Below are positions 8,736 through 19,052 of a stretch of DNA of 64,000 nt, in pieces. The notes under the pieces are model-generated. The model was not told where the DNA came from, did no database searches, and saw only the letters and a list, made by a program, of their open reading frames with translations. Source of the stretch: Deltaproteobacteria bacterium (GTDB taxonomy: Bacteria; Myxococcota; Kuafuiibacteriia; Kuafuiibacteriales; Kuafuiibacteriaceae). Position 1 is the stretch's first letter, and each line of letters starts with the position of its first letter. Both the position numbers and the translations under genes were made by a program. The stretch is taken from positions 128,001 to 192,000 of the forward strand of contig JAVJQW010000017.1 of assembly GCA_040218735.1 (NCBI GenBank), read 5' to 3'.

Positions 8736-10549
8736 TGGCGACGCTCGTCGTGAAGCTCGGCGGCGGGAAGAACCACCTGCTGACGAAGAGCGTGACCTCG
8801 ATCGGGCGGTCGCCGCAGAACGACATTCGGATCGCGCACGAGTCGGTGCGCGACCGGCACGCGCACGTGCTGAAGGACCGGCACGGGTTCCGCATCTTCG
8901 CGACCGATGGCGCGACGATCGTCGTCAACGGGAAGAAGCGCTCGGAGTGGTCGCTGTCGGACGGTGACGCGATCGGGCTCGGCGAGGTCCAGGTCCAGTA
9001 TCGCGTGGTCGACCCGATGGGGGACGACGCGACGGAGCCCTCCGCGGTGCGGCACGAGGTCGTGCGTTCGCGGGATCCGTCGATCTCGGAGTCGGTGCCG
9101 CTCGAGGCGTTCAAGAAGCTGTATCGCTTCAGCGCGAAGATCAACGAGAGCCCGTCCGTGGGGGCAATGAAGAGCAACCTCGTGGACGCGGTCATCGCGC
9201 TCGCGAAGGCCGAGACCGGGTTCTTGCTCGTGGTGCGGGAGAACGGGGTCGCCGAGATCGACGTCGCACGCTCACACGACGGTCAGGACCTCCCGCACGA
9301 GGACGCAAAGCTCTCGGACTCGATCGTGTTGGCGGTGATCGAGCAGCGAAAGCCGCTGCTGTTGTCGGACGCGATGGAGGACTCGATGTTCTCGGACTCG
9401 CGTTCGGTCGTGAACTACCAGCTGCGTTCGGTGATCGCGGTGCCGATCGTCTTGCGCGACGAGATCCTCGGCGTGTTGTACCTCGGGTGTGACCGTCGGA
9501 CCTCGGCGTTCTCGCGCGACTTCCTCGACATCCTCTCGGTGTTCGCGGCGCAAGCGGGCTTGCTCGTGAAGAACGCGATGGTGGTGGACGAGCTGCGCGA
9601 GGACAACCAGGCGCTCAAGCAGGAGCTCGCGGCGCGTGCGTTCGGGGAGATCGTCGGCGAGTCGACGTCGATGCAGGGCATCTTCAAGGCGGTGTCGCGG
9701 TTCGCGCCGACGGACATCTCGGTGCTGATCACGGGTGAGACGGGGACCGGTAAAGAGCTCATCGCGCGCGAGGTCCACCGGCGCTCGGCGCGGGCCGAGG
9801 GGCCGTTCGTCGCGCTCAACATGTCGGCGATCCCGGAGAACCTGCTCGAGGCGGAGCTGTTCGGGCACGTGCGCGGCGCGTTCACGGGTGCGGTCTCGGA
9901 CCGGCGCGGCAAGTTCGCGGAGGCGGACGGCGGGACGCTGTTCCTCGACGAGATCGGCGACATGCCACTTTCGCTTCAGGCGAAGCTGCTGCGCGTGATC
10001 CAGGAGCGCACGGTGGTGCCGGTGGGGAGCAACGAGGGCACGCAGATCGACATCCGGATCCTCTGCGCGACGCACCAGAACCTGGAGACGATGCAGGAGG
10101 AGGGGCGGTTCCGCGCGGACCTCTTCTTCCGACTGAACGAGGTCGAGGTGCACCTTCCGCCGCTGCGTGAGCGCGGCGAGGACGTGGTGCTGCTCGGGAC
10201 GTACTTCCTGTCGAAGTACGCGGAGCAGATGAACGCGCGGGTCCGGCGGTTCACGCCGCGCGCGACGGCGGCGATGAAACGCTACGGCTGGCGCGGCAAC
10301 GTGCGCGAGCTGGAGGCGAAGGTGAAGAAGGCCGTCGTCATGGCGGAGGGGACGGACGTGGACGTCACCGACCTCGCGCTCGACGAGGGCGGGATGTCGA
10401 ACATCATGAGCCTCCGCGACGCGAAGGAAGCGTACGCGAACCGGTACATCCGCGAAGTGCTGGAGCTGAACGACGGCAACCGGAGCAAGACCGCGCGTGA
10501 CCTCGGCGTGGATCCGCGGACGATCTACAAGTACCTCGAAGGGAAGTAG
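8735..10549 (+). CDS. Sigma-54 enhancer-binding protein, FHA-GAF-AAA+-Fis HTH
   Basis: FHA (SIGRSPQNDI), GAF (LRSVIAVPI, GVLYL), Walker A GETGTGKE, GAFTGA, LFLDEIG, FRADLFFRL, GNVRELE, HTH NRSKTARDLGV. Confidence 0.95.
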   Translation: MATLVVKLGGGKNHLLTKSVTSIGRSPQNDIRIAHESVRDRHAHVLKDRHGFRIFATDGATIVVNGKKRSEWSLSDGDAIGLGEVQVQYRVVDPMGDDATEPSAVRHEVVRSRDPSISESVPLEAFKKLYRFSAKINESPSVGAMKSNLVDAVIALAKAETGFLLVVRENGVAEIDVARSHDGQDLPHEDAKLSDSIVLAVIEQRKPLLLSDAMEDSMFSDSRSVVNYQLRSVIAVPIVLRDEILGVLYLGCDRRTSAFSRDFLDILSVFAAQAGLLVKNAMVVDELREDNQALKQELAARAFGEIVGESTSMQGIFKAVSRFAPTDISVLITGETGTGKELIAREVHRRSARAEGPFVALNMSAIPENLLEAELFGHVRGAFTGAVSDRRGKFAEADGGTLFLDEIGDMPLSLQAKLLRVIQERTVVPVGSNEGTQIDIRILCATHQNLETMQEEGRFRADLFFRLNEVEVHLPPLRERGEDVVLLGTYFLSKYAEQMNARVRRFTPRATAAMKRYGWRGNVRELEAKVKKAVVMAEGTDVDVTDLALDEGGMSNIMSLRDAKEAYANRYIREVLELNDGNRSKTARDLGVDPRTIYKYLEGK

Positions 10550-11527
10550 TCAGTCGTCGAAGAGCGCGTCGGCGCGCTCGACGGAGAGCGACGCAGCGAG
10601 GAGGCGGTCGAGCTCGGCGTCGTCCTCCACCGCGAGGACACGCGCGCGCGTGGCCTCGTCGACTTCGACGGCACGGTGACTGAGGACCTGGAGGATCGCG
10701 GTAGCGCGCCCGGCGCGGTGGCCTTGGTGACGGCCTTCTTCGCGGCCTTCTTCGCGGCCTTCTTCGCGCCCTTCTTCGCGCCCTTCTTCCTGCCCGAGCT
10801 TCAGCCCCAAGGCGCGCCCCTCGGCGATCGCCTGTTCGCGCAGCTTCTTGTCGCGCGGCCCGAAGGTGCGGTCGTACTCCTCCATCAACTCGAACAAACC
10901 CATGTCACTCACCTCGCGGCGGCGCTTCTTCGACAGCGCCTGATCGATCAACGCCAAGTATAGCCCCTTTTCGGTCCGTTCGAGGCCGGCGATCCCCGAG
11001 AAGGCCGCTGCGACGGCCTTCAAGCCATCGGGCTCGTTCCCGTGCGCGACTGCCGACAAGACCGCGAGCTCCGGGTGACTCAGCGCCTCTCGGCCCGCCT
11101 GTACGGCCGGGACCGCGTGCGGCGACAGCACCTCGGTCTGGAACACCGAACGACCGCCCAACGCGATCGACCGCGCCGCCCACGCCGCGACCCGCGCGTT
11201 CGGCGCGACGACCAACACCAACACCGGGCACCGCCAACGCGCCCGCGCGTTCACGCCGTACACCGGCCACGTCCACCGCTTCTGAGCGTCGACGCGGAGC
11301 TGCACCTCGAGCACGATCACCAGCACCGCATCGCCGCCGCGCTCCAACACCAACACGAGGTCTGCGGCATATTCGGCCGGCGCGAGCTCGTTCATCGCCG
11401 CCTCCGCGACGCGCACGACGTCGAACTTCGGCACCGCAGCGCCGAGCGAGCGACGACACAGGTCCACCGCCAACGAGGTGTCGGCGCGGAACAGCTCGAT
11501 CAACGCTTCGTGCAGGAACGAGGGCAC
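10550..11527 (-). CDS. Rpn/PD-(D/E)XK-like nuclease-fold protein (putative transposase-like) with EGREE repeats
   Basis: Likely GTG start at 11527 ([12 protein letters not shown]); ADLVLVL...IVLEVQ acidic motif; C-terminal (EGRE)n repeat and AILQVL...LDRLL tail typical of this multicopy family. Confidence 0.7.
   Translation of the reverse strand: MPSFLHEALIELFRADTSLAVDLCRRSLGAAVPKFDVVRVAEAAMNELAPAEYAADLVLVLERGGDAVLVIVLEVQLRVDAQKRWTWPVYGVNARARWRCPVLVLVVAPNARVAAWAARSIALGGRSVFQTEVLSPHAVPAVQAGREALSHPELAVLSAVAHGNEPDGLKAVAAAFSGIAGLERTEKGLYLALIDQALSKKRRREVSDMGLFELMEEYDRTFGPRDKKLREQAIAEGRALGLKLGQEEGREEGREEGREEGREEGRHQGHRAGRATAILQVLSHRAVEVDEATRARVLAVEDDAELDRLLAASLSVERADALFDD
10731..10789 (-). repeat. 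12-nt coding tandem repeat, about 5 copies (EGRE)
   Basis: Plus-strand units cg(g/c)ccttcttcg. Confidence 0.9.
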
Positions 11528-11614
11528 GGTGCGGGGACACTGAGGGGCGCGCAGGGCGCGTGGCACGAAGAATCGGTTTGGAAATCATTGGGCTTTCGTC
11601 GTACGACGCGACGC

Positions 11615-12367
11615 ATGCGTCCGAGGTTGGGAGTCAACGTCGATCACATCGCCACGATCCGGCAGGCGCGTCGCACGGCCTATCCGGACCCGGTGGAAGC
11701 GGCGCTCGTCGCGGAGCGCGCCGGCGCGGATCAGATCACGGTGCACCTGCGGGAGGACCGTCGTCACATCCAGGAGCGCGACGTCGACATCCTTCGTCGC
11801 GTCGTGAAGACCGAGCTCAACCTGGAGATGGCGGCGTCGCAGGAGATGGTCGCCATCGCGCTGAAGTACAGCCCCGACACGGTCACGCTGGTCCCCGAGC
11901 GTCGCGAAGAGCTCACCACCGAAGGCGGCCTCGACGTCATTCAGAACCGCGAGAACCTCCAGCGCGCGATCCGCCTGCTGCAGGACGGCAACATCCGCGT
12001 CTCGATGTTCATCGACCCGGACCTCGATCAAGTCCGCGCGTCACACAAACTCGACGCCCACGCGGTCGAGATCCACACCGGACGTTACGCCGAGGCGCGC
12101 AGCTTCAAGGAGCGCAGCGAAGAGCTCGGACGCATCCGCGACGCCGCGAAGGCCGCCGCGAAGCTCGGGCTCGGCGTCGCCGCCGGCCACGGCCTGCACT
12201 ACGACAACACTATCCCCGTCGCGCGCATCCTCGAGATCGTCGAGCTCAACATCGGCCACGCGATCGTCGCGCGCGCGATGCTCAGCGGAATGGAGGTCGC
12301 CGTGCGCGACATGATCGCGCAGATGCGCGAAGCCCGCGCCGACCTCGTCCGCACACCCGGGCGCTAA
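11615..12367 (+). CDS. pdxJ: Pyridoxine 5'-phosphate synthase
   Basis: [57 protein letters not shown]. Confidence 0.97.
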   Translation: MRPRLGVNVDHIATIRQARRTAYPDPVEAALVAERAGADQITVHLREDRRHIQERDVDILRRVVKTELNLEMAASQEMVAIALKYSPDTVTLVPERREELTTEGGLDVIQNRENLQRAIRLLQDGNIRVSMFIDPDLDQVRASHKLDAHAVEIHTGRYAEARSFKERSEELGRIRDAAKAAAKLGLGVAAGHGLHYDNTIPVARILEIVELNIGHAIVARAMLSGMEVAVRDMIAQMREARADLVRTPGR

Positions 12368-13029
12368 CCCACCTCGAGGGTCTCTTCGATCCACGCGACG
12401 ATCGCCGCGAGGCGATGTCCGCTCGCCAAGTAATCTGCGTAGAGGTCACGCGCCCGGGCCGGATCCGCCGTCGGGATCGCGCGGGCCGTCTCGAAGTCGA
12501 ACACGATCGACGGCGCCGCGCGCGCGGCCTGCATCGACAGACAAGGCGGCGCCCCGTCGGCGCTTCGGTGCAGCAGCCAGTACCCAAGCGCGACCTCACG
12601 CGTCTGTGCCCGGTTGCCGAAGGGGTCGTCCTTCACCGTCGCCCAAACGTCGGGAAGGACCTCGAGCCAATCCGCCACCTCACACTCCACCGCGGCGTTG
12701 TCGAGCCACCCCGAAGTCGTCCGAAAGCCGCGCGGCGCGAGCATGTAGCGTTCGAGGAATCGCGACGTCGCGCGCGCGACCAACACCGGTCGACTCGTTG
12801 GCGCCTTCGTCTCCGGCCGCCACCCGGCGGCGACCGCGATGCGATCCACGAGCTCGCGACTCGGAACACCTTCGATCAACTCGAGCACCGTTCCGATCCT
12901 CCGGCCATTCACCGAGATCGAGCCGTTCTCACCGCCGCCCAGCCCCAAGTCGATCTCGAGCTTCGCGCCGTGTTTCCTGTGAATCCGGAGGACTCCGTGC
13001 GGCGAGGCGCCCGGATAGAACTGACGCAC
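12364..13029 (-). CDS. Hypothetical protein
   Basis: Fills the gap downstream of the phosphoesterase gene; start uncertain (GTG at 13029 chosen to avoid overlap; ORF extends to 13089). Confidence 0.55.
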   Translation of the reverse strand: MRQFYPGASPHGVLRIHRKHGAKLEIDLGLGGGENGSISVNGRRIGTVLELIEGVPSRELVDRIAVAAGWRPETKAPTSRPVLVARATSRFLERYMLAPRGFRTTSGWLDNAAVECEVADWLEVLPDVWATVKDDPFGNRAQTREVALGYWLLHRSADGAPPCLSMQAARAAPSIVFDFETARAIPTADPARARDLYADYLASGHRLAAIVAWIEETLEVG

Positions 13030-13036
13030 GCCGAGC

Positions 13037-14005
13037 TCACCGACACACCCACACCACCTCGCTCTCGGGATACCGGTACGCCCCGACACACGCGCGCTCG
13101 CCGACGCGCGTCACACCATTGAAGTCCACACACACCGCCATCGCGCCGTCCGCAACGCGACGCCGCCCCGCGCCCGTCACCGACGCGTGCGAGCCCTCCA
13201 ACCACGCACGAAGCCTCGGGTGTCCGCTCGGGTGCGGCGGCACGAAGGCGTCGTGCACGCGGGGCACCGGCGGCATGTTCCAGTAGTGCCCGAACACGAT
13301 GCGCACGTCGCGGGGCACCTCGTCGCGCTCCGGCAACCACCACTGCGCTCGGACATGGTCGCGCACGACGCCATCGTTGTCGGTGAACGGCTCCGCGGCA
13401 CGGTGCTCGTAACCCTTCACGAAGACCTCGAGCGCCTTCTCCCACTGCCCCGAGAAACGCTCGGTCGGCATGCCCTCGCGAAACGCACCCGCCGCGTACG
13501 CGGCGTGCAGTCGAACGTAGGGCGCCCAGTCCGCGTGCACGGGGATCGGGCCCGGCGAACCGAGCGCCGGGGCGAGCGCGTCGAAACAGCCTTGGTGCCA
13601 CACGGCGTGGGTCACGCGGAGCCCGGGGAGCTCGACGGCGAGCGGCAACGTCTCGAAGAACGCGAGGAGCGGGTCCCACCGCTCGGGTCGACTTTCGATC
13701 TGTTCGATCGTCGCGCGGTTCGACGCCTTCGGTTTCGTTCGGCCCGCGCGCCACTCCACGAGGTTGAGCTCGTGATTGCCGAGGAGACACAGCGCTCGCC
13801 CTTCGGCGCATCGGTCGGCGACCCAGCGGCTGACCTCGTAGCTCGCCGGACCCCGGTCGACGAGGTCACCTACGAACAAGAGTCGGCGGTCCTCGGGATG
13901 AGATCCGTCGGCGTCGTAGCCGAGCTCCTCGACGAGCGACTCGAGCGCGGCGAGCTGCCCGTGGATGTCGCCGATGACATCGACGCCGAACGAAGGGCGC
14001 TCCAC
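13037..14005 (-). CDS. Calcineurin-like metallophosphoesterase (ApaH/PrpE-like)
   Basis: IGDIHG, VGDLVDRG, LGNHE, FGHYW; starts 2 nt after the glmM stop. Confidence 0.9.
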   Translation of the reverse strand: MERPSFGVDVIGDIHGQLAALESLVEELGYDADGSHPEDRRLLFVGDLVDRGPASYEVSRWVADRCAEGRALCLLGNHELNLVEWRAGRTKPKASNRATIEQIESRPERWDPLLAFFETLPLAVELPGLRVTHAVWHQGCFDALAPALGSPGPIPVHADWAPYVRLHAAYAAGAFREGMPTERFSGQWEKALEVFVKGYEHRAAEPFTDNDGVVRDHVRAQWWLPERDEVPRDVRIVFGHYWNMPPVPRVHDAFVPPHPSGHPRLRAWLEGSHASVTGAGRRRVADGAMAVCVDFNGVTRVGERACVGAYRYPESEVVWVCR

Positions 14006-14006
14006 C

Positions 14007-15362
14007 TCAGCGGATCGCCTTCTCCAGCGCCGACGCGATCTCCTCCGCGTACCGGCGCGTCACATCCATGTCCGGCCCCTCGACCATCACGCGGGCCTTG
14101 TTCTCGGTGCCGCTGTAGCGGACGAGCACCCGGCCTTCGCCGTCGAGCTCCTTTTCGATCTTGGCGATCGTCGAGGTCACGCCCTCGAGCGTCTCGAGCG
14201 GCGGCTTCGCCTTCACCGGGACGTTGATCAGGTGCTGCGGTACGCGGTCGAAGACCTTCGCGAGGTCCGAGATCGAACGCCCCGTCGCGACCGCGACCTC
14301 CAAGAGCCGCAGCCCCGCGATGCACCCGTCGCCGGTCGACGAGTGCTCCAGGAAGATGAGGTGCCCCGACTGCTCGCCGCCGAACGTGTAGCCGTGCTGC
14401 CGCATGCACTCGACCACGTACCGATCGCCGACCCCCGTGCGCACGACCTTGCCCCCGACCTGGTCGAGCGAACGCTCCAACCCGATGTTCGACATCACCG
14501 TGCTCACCACCGTGTTGTCGTGCAGTTTGCCGCGCTCGATCAGATCGCGACCGCAGATCGCCATCACCGCGTCGCCATCGACGACCTGCCCGAGCTCGTC
14601 CACCAGGATCACGCGGTCCGCGTCGCCGTCGAGCGCGATGCCCGCGTCGGCGCCGTGTTCGATCACCGCTTGGCGCAAGCGCTTCGGGTGCACCGCACCG
14701 CAGTTCTCGTTGATGTTCCGCCCGTTGGGGTTGTCGTACATCGTGATGACGTTCGCCCCGAGCTCCTCGAACACCTGCGGCGCGACCTTGTACGCCGCGC
14801 CGTTTGCGCAATCGACGACGAGCTTCAACCCGTCGAGCGAACGCCCGCCGTCGAAGGTCGTCTTCACGAACTGCACGTAGCGCCCGCGCGCGTCCTCCAT
14901 CTTGAGCGTCTTGCCGATCTCCGTGGCCGTCGGACGAATCGAATCGATTTCACCCGAGTCCAGCAGCGACTCGATCTCCGCCTCGATCTCGTCCGCGAGC
15001 TTGAACCCGTCCGGACCGAAGAACTTGATCCCGTTGTCCTGGAAAGGGTTGTGTGACGCCGAAAGCATGATCCCCGCGTCGCACCGCATCGTCTTCGTCA
15101 GAAAGGCGATCGCCGGCGTCGGCAGCGGCCCGGTCAACCGCACGTCCACCCCGAACGAACACACGCCCGAGGCGATCGCGAACTCCAACATGTACCCGGA
15201 GATCCGCGTGTCCTTGCCGATGATGATCTTGTGCCGGTGCGCACCGCGTTTGCTGATGTGCGCGATGGCGCGCCCCAGCTTCAGCGCGACCTCCGCCGTC
15301 ATCGGGTGCTCGTTCGCGACCCCGCGAACCCCGTCGGTACCGAACAGCTTGCGTGCGACCAT
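14007..15362 (-). CDS. glmM: Phosphoglucosamine mutase
   Basis: LFGTDGVRG, GKDTRISGYM, SASHNP, DGDADR, GGEQSGH, RYSGTE. Confidence 0.97.
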   Translation of the reverse strand: MVARKLFGTDGVRGVANEHPMTAEVALKLGRAIAHISKRGAHRHKIIIGKDTRISGYMLEFAIASGVCSFGVDVRLTGPLPTPAIAFLTKTMRCDAGIMLSASHNPFQDNGIKFFGPDGFKLADEIEAEIESLLDSGEIDSIRPTATEIGKTLKMEDARGRYVQFVKTTFDGGRSLDGLKLVVDCANGAAYKVAPQVFEELGANVITMYDNPNGRNINENCGAVHPKRLRQAVIEHGADAGIALDGDADRVILVDELGQVVDGDAVMAICGRDLIERGKLHDNTVVSTVMSNIGLERSLDQVGGKVVRTGVGDRYVVECMRQHGYTFGGEQSGHLIFLEHSSTGDGCIAGLRLLEVAVATGRSISDLAKVFDRVPQHLINVPVKAKPPLETLEGVTSTIAKIEKELDGEGRVLVRYSGTENKARVMVEGPDMDVTRRYAEEIASALEKAIR

Positions 15363-15374
15363 CTTGTCGTCGCG

Positions 15375-16241
15375 TTATCGCAACGAAATCGGACCCGGAG
15401 CAAGAATCGAGGAGCCGCGACACCACGCATCCGCGACGCGCACCACGTCGACCATCGCCGCCACGTCGTGCACCCGCACCATCGCCGCCCCTCGCGCGAT
15501 CGACAGCGCGACCGTCGCCGCCGTCCCCATCTCGCGATCCTCGACGCCCTTGTTCGTGATCGCCCCGATGAAGCTCTTGCGCGAAGTCCCCACCAACACC
15601 GGCCCGAGCTCGGCCAGCACCTCCAGGTTCCGCAACAGCTCCAGGTTGTCCTCGACCGTCTTCCCGAACCCGATGCCCGGGTCGAGCAACATCGCATCCT
15701 CGCCGACCCCCGCCGCGCGGCCCACCGCCACCGCGTTCGCGAGCGCGGACTTCACGGCGGCCACGACGCCGCCCTCGTATTCGAGCGGCCCCTCCTGCAT
15801 CACCTCGGGCCGCGCGCGGGTGTGCATCAAGGCGACCGCGACCCGCGCGTCGGCGACGACCCGAGGCATGTCCGCGTCGAACCGGAACGCAGAGATGTCG
15901 TTCACCAGGCAGGCGCCCGCCTCGATCGCCCGCTGCGCCACCGAAGCCTTCGTCGTATCGATCGAGATCCGCGCCACCCCACCGCGCACCAGCCCCTCGA
16001 TTACCGGCACCACCCGCGCCGTCTCCTCCTCCGCCGACACGATCGGCGCGCCGGGCCGCGTCGACTCCCCGCCCACGTCGATGACGTCCGCCCCCGCCTC
16101 CGCCAGCGCGAGGCCCCGCGCCACACGGGCCTCGACGGACGCCTCCCGGCCGTCCGAGAACGAATCCGGCGTCGCGTTGAGGATCCCCATCACGAGGGTT
16201 CGGTGACCCAAGGCCGGCCACAGCGCTGAAATTGCCGCCAC
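15375..16241 (-). CDS. folP: Dihydropteroate synthase
   Basis: MGILNATPDSFSDG, DVGGESTRPG, DPGIGFGK, GTSRKSFIG, VRVHDV. Confidence 0.96.
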   Translation of the reverse strand: MAAISALWPALGHRTLVMGILNATPDSFSDGREASVEARVARGLALAEAGADVIDVGGESTRPGAPIVSAEEETARVVPVIEGLVRGGVARISIDTTKASVAQRAIEAGACLVNDISAFRFDADMPRVVADARVAVALMHTRARPEVMQEGPLEYEGGVVAAVKSALANAVAVGRAAGVGEDAMLLDPGIGFGKTVEDNLELLRNLEVLAELGPVLVGTSRKSFIGAITNKGVEDREMGTAATVALSIARGAAMVRVHDVAAMVDVVRVADAWCRGSSILAPGPISLR

Positions 16242-16330
16242 GTCGCGAATACGAAGCCCTGTGGCCTCGCCTAGACATCGGACGATCGAGTGAAGACAAA
16301 CACGATCCCTCTCCCGGAGAATGTAGGAGC

Positions 16331-17197
16331 GTGTCGGGCGTGAAGCTGAGTCGGGTCACCGAACCCGTCCTTCGACAAACTGCGTTCTCAGTGGAGCAAA
16401 TGGCTCCCGGCGGCGTGGAACGCCCCGAGTGCGGGGCCGTGCGCCCCGCCGATCTCGAACGCGGGGTCGCGCGCCTCACCGAGCTCCTCTCCCGACCGGG
16501 GCAGCGCGACGACGGCAAACGCAACGCGCTGGGTCTCGTCCTCGAGCGCACGCGCTCGTTGCAGGACCTGATCGACCAGGAGCGCAGCGAGGGCGTCGTC
16601 TACCTCAACGAGGCCGAGTTCGCGCTGCAACCCCGCTTGCGCTCCGCCGCCATCGAGATCGACTTCTCCTTCGGCGACAAGGACGGCAAGGTCTCCACCG
16701 AGGACATCGCCGAAGCGCGCCGCCACTACGGCCAGGTCCGCGGCCCCGTAGGCTGGAACCGACTCCTCCTCACGGACGAGATCGAGCGCCGCCTCTACCC
16801 GGAGCGCACGCTCCGAACGACGGAAGGCCTCCGCCTCCTCCCCGAGGACTGGCTCACCGGCCCGCCCGACTCCCTCGCGCGCCTGCGGAAGGTCTGCCGC
16901 TACCTCGACGACTCCGCCCTCGCCCGGACCTACGCCGACATCGCGGCGCGGCTCGCGACGGTGGCCAATCGCGCGCCCGACTCGGACCTGTCCCAGGTCT
17001 TCGAGGAGGCCCTGGTCCTCCTCGGCAAGGAGATCCGCTCGCGGAACAGCGTCCGCCCCACGATCACGGACATCGCGCGCATCGGCTGCGAGGATCCCCA
17101 GGTCAAAGAGTGGCTCAAGACCCCGATCGAGATGTCCCGGCGCCTCCAGCCCAGCTCCCTCATCGACCGCTATCTGACGAACACCGACCCGAACTGA
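16331..17197 (+). CDS. Hypothetical protein with one EF-hand-like loop
   Basis: GTG at 16331 after AGGAG; contains DKDGKVSTEDI; start uncertain. Confidence 0.6.
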   Translation: MSGVKLSRVTEPVLRQTAFSVEQMAPGGVERPECGAVRPADLERGVARLTELLSRPGQRDDGKRNALGLVLERTRSLQDLIDQERSEGVVYLNEAEFALQPRLRSAAIEIDFSFGDKDGKVSTEDIAEARRHYGQVRGPVGWNRLLLTDEIERRLYPERTLRTTEGLRLLPEDWLTGPPDSLARLRKVCRYLDDSALARTYADIAARLATVANRAPDSDLSQVFEEALVLLGKEIRSRNSVRPTITDIARIGCEDPQVKEWLKTPIEMSRRLQPSSLIDRYLTNTDPN

Positions 17198-17288
17198 GGC
17201 GCCCCGACGCTTCCCGACAGGGGTGCTACCCTTCCGTACATCGGCGGGTTGGCTTCAGGTCCAGGCACGCCCATCCTTGACGTCGGGT

Positions 17289-19052
17289 ATGCCTAGGATG
17301 AGGACTGCGACGTTTGTCTCCGTACTCTGTGGCGTCGCCGCCACAGCGGCGTTCACCGGATGCGAAGATCCGACCACGCCCGATCTCTTCATCGCGCGGT
17401 GCGCCGCCGACTCGGAGTGCGGACCGGGATCGATCTGCATCGACGGCGAGTGTGTTCCGCGCGACGCGGTGTCATGCCTGTCCGTCGACGGCGGCCAAGC
17501 GATCCTTCAGCCCGGACCGCCGCTCATCGACTTCGGTCACACGGGCAGCGGCACGAGCATGGCCGACCTCGACCTGCGGAACATCGGCGACTGCACGCTC
17601 ACGATCTTCGAAGCGTACTTCGAGAAAGAAGAGGAGTCCGCGTTCGAGTGCCCGTTCTGCGCGCCCGAAGAGTTCCCGATCGAGCTGTTCCCCTTCCGCG
17701 ACCACGCCGTCGCGGTGTTCTTCACGCCGGACGAAGTCGGCGTCTACGAAGACAACCTCATCCTCCTCTCCGACGACGCCGAGTTCTCCGAGATCAAGGT
17801 CCCGGTCCGCGCGCAGTTCAACGGCCTCCCCGAGGCGTCCGTCGCGCCGGCGTCGCTCGACTTCGACTACGCGCCGGTGGGCCGCACGATCACGCGCACC
17901 ATTCAGATCACCAACCGCGGCACCGGCACCGCGCCGCTCGTGATCAACCGCGTCGAGATCCAGACGTCGACCGACACCTCGTTCTCCTACGAGCCCGAGC
18001 TCGAAGATCCGATCGAGCTGCTCCCGCCGATCGACGACGACCCGGGTGACAGCTACATCCTCAACGTTCGTTACCACCCCAAGGAGATCGACACCCACGT
18101 CGGCGACCTCGTGCTCTACACGAACCAGCCGTCGAACAGCGTGGTGCGCGTGCCGCTCACGGGTTCGTCGAAGACCCCCGCGAAGATCGCCGTCTCCCCC
18201 GAGCAGATCGTGTTCGGCCCGGTGCCGATCGGCGGCACCACCGCCCTCCCGCTCACCATCGTGAACGAAGGCGGCACCCCGCTGCGCATCAGCTACCGCT
18301 GGGGCGGCACGGGCCTGTCCACGGACCTCTCCGCGCTCCCGCTCGTCGTCCCGCCGATTCCGCCGGGCGCGTACACCGAGCTGCAGGTGCTCGTGACGGC
18401 CACGGCCCCCGCGCCGATCACCGGACTGCTGATCCTCGAGACCAACGATCCCTCGCGCCCGTCCGTCACCATACCGGTGTCCGCCGACGGCCAGGACGTC
18501 GTCGGCGCGCAGGTCGTGAAGATCGACATGAATTTCGAGAACGGATCCGACAGCGCCTTCGACGACGACTTCAGAAACGTCGACATGTCGCTCGAGAACC
18601 CGTTCGGTCTGGTCTGCAACAAACAGTACCCGCAGCCCACGAACTGGGGCGCGTTCGGCAACCCGAGCTGGATCAGCTTCGGCGTGAAGGAAGAGCCGGA
18701 GCGCGTCGTCCTCCCGGACGCGATGCAGGACGGCACGTACCGCGTCCTCCTCACCTACGTCGAGGACTGCTCGACGGTCCCGTCGGGGTTGGTCGCCGCG
18801 ATCCTCGGCATCTCGATCGAAGCGCTGATCGCTTACTTCACCGGCGGCATCACGACCGGGATCACGGGCGGCCAGGTCGCGGACGCGATCGACGACCTCT
18901 GTCTCAGTCGAAGCTCCTCGGCCGTCACCGTGACGGTCTATTTGAACGGCGCCATCGTCGCGGAGGTCCCGGTCACGCTGGGCCGGCGCGGTGACTACGT
19001 CTACGCGGTCGACCTCGTGCGGTCCGGCGGCCAGTACACGGTGCGGCGGTGA
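17289..19052 (+). CDS. Lipoprotein with Cys-rich N-terminus and repeated choice-of-anchor-D/ASH (Ig-like) domains
   Basis: Lipobox FTGC; CAADSECGPGSICIDGEC; repeats of P..LDFG...I.N.G...L.I (IDFG...LRNIGDCTL, LDFD...ITNRG, IVFG...IVNEG); ETNDP. Confidence 0.85.
   Translation: MPRMRTATFVSVLCGVAATAAFTGCEDPTTPDLFIARCAADSECGPGSICIDGECVPRDAVSCLSVDGGQAILQPGPPLIDFGHTGSGTSMADLDLRNIGDCTLTIFEAYFEKEEESAFECPFCAPEEFPIELFPFRDHAVAVFFTPDEVGVYEDNLILLSDDAEFSEIKVPVRAQFNGLPEASVAPASLDFDYAPVGRTITRTIQITNRGTGTAPLVINRVEIQTSTDTSFSYEPELEDPIELLPPIDDDPGDSYILNVRYHPKEIDTHVGDLVLYTNQPSNSVVRVPLTGSSKTPAKIAVSPEQIVFGPVPIGGTTALPLTIVNEGGTPLRISYRWGGTGLSTDLSALPLVVPPIPPGAYTELQVLVTATAPAPITGLLILETNDPSRPSVTIPVSADGQDVVGAQVVKIDMNFENGSDSAFDDDFRNVDMSLENPFGLVCNKQYPQPTNWGAFGNPSWISFGVKEEPERVVLPDAMQDGTYRVLLTYVEDCSTVPSGLVAAILGISIEALIAYFTGGITTGITGGQVADAIDDLCLSRSSSAVTVTVYLNGAIVAEVPVTLGRRGDYVYAVDLVRSGGQYTVRR

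Noticed and set aside
11561-11577. TGGCACG upstream of pdxJ as a sigma-54 promoter
   Set aside because: No GC at the -12 position (TGGCACGAAGAATCG).
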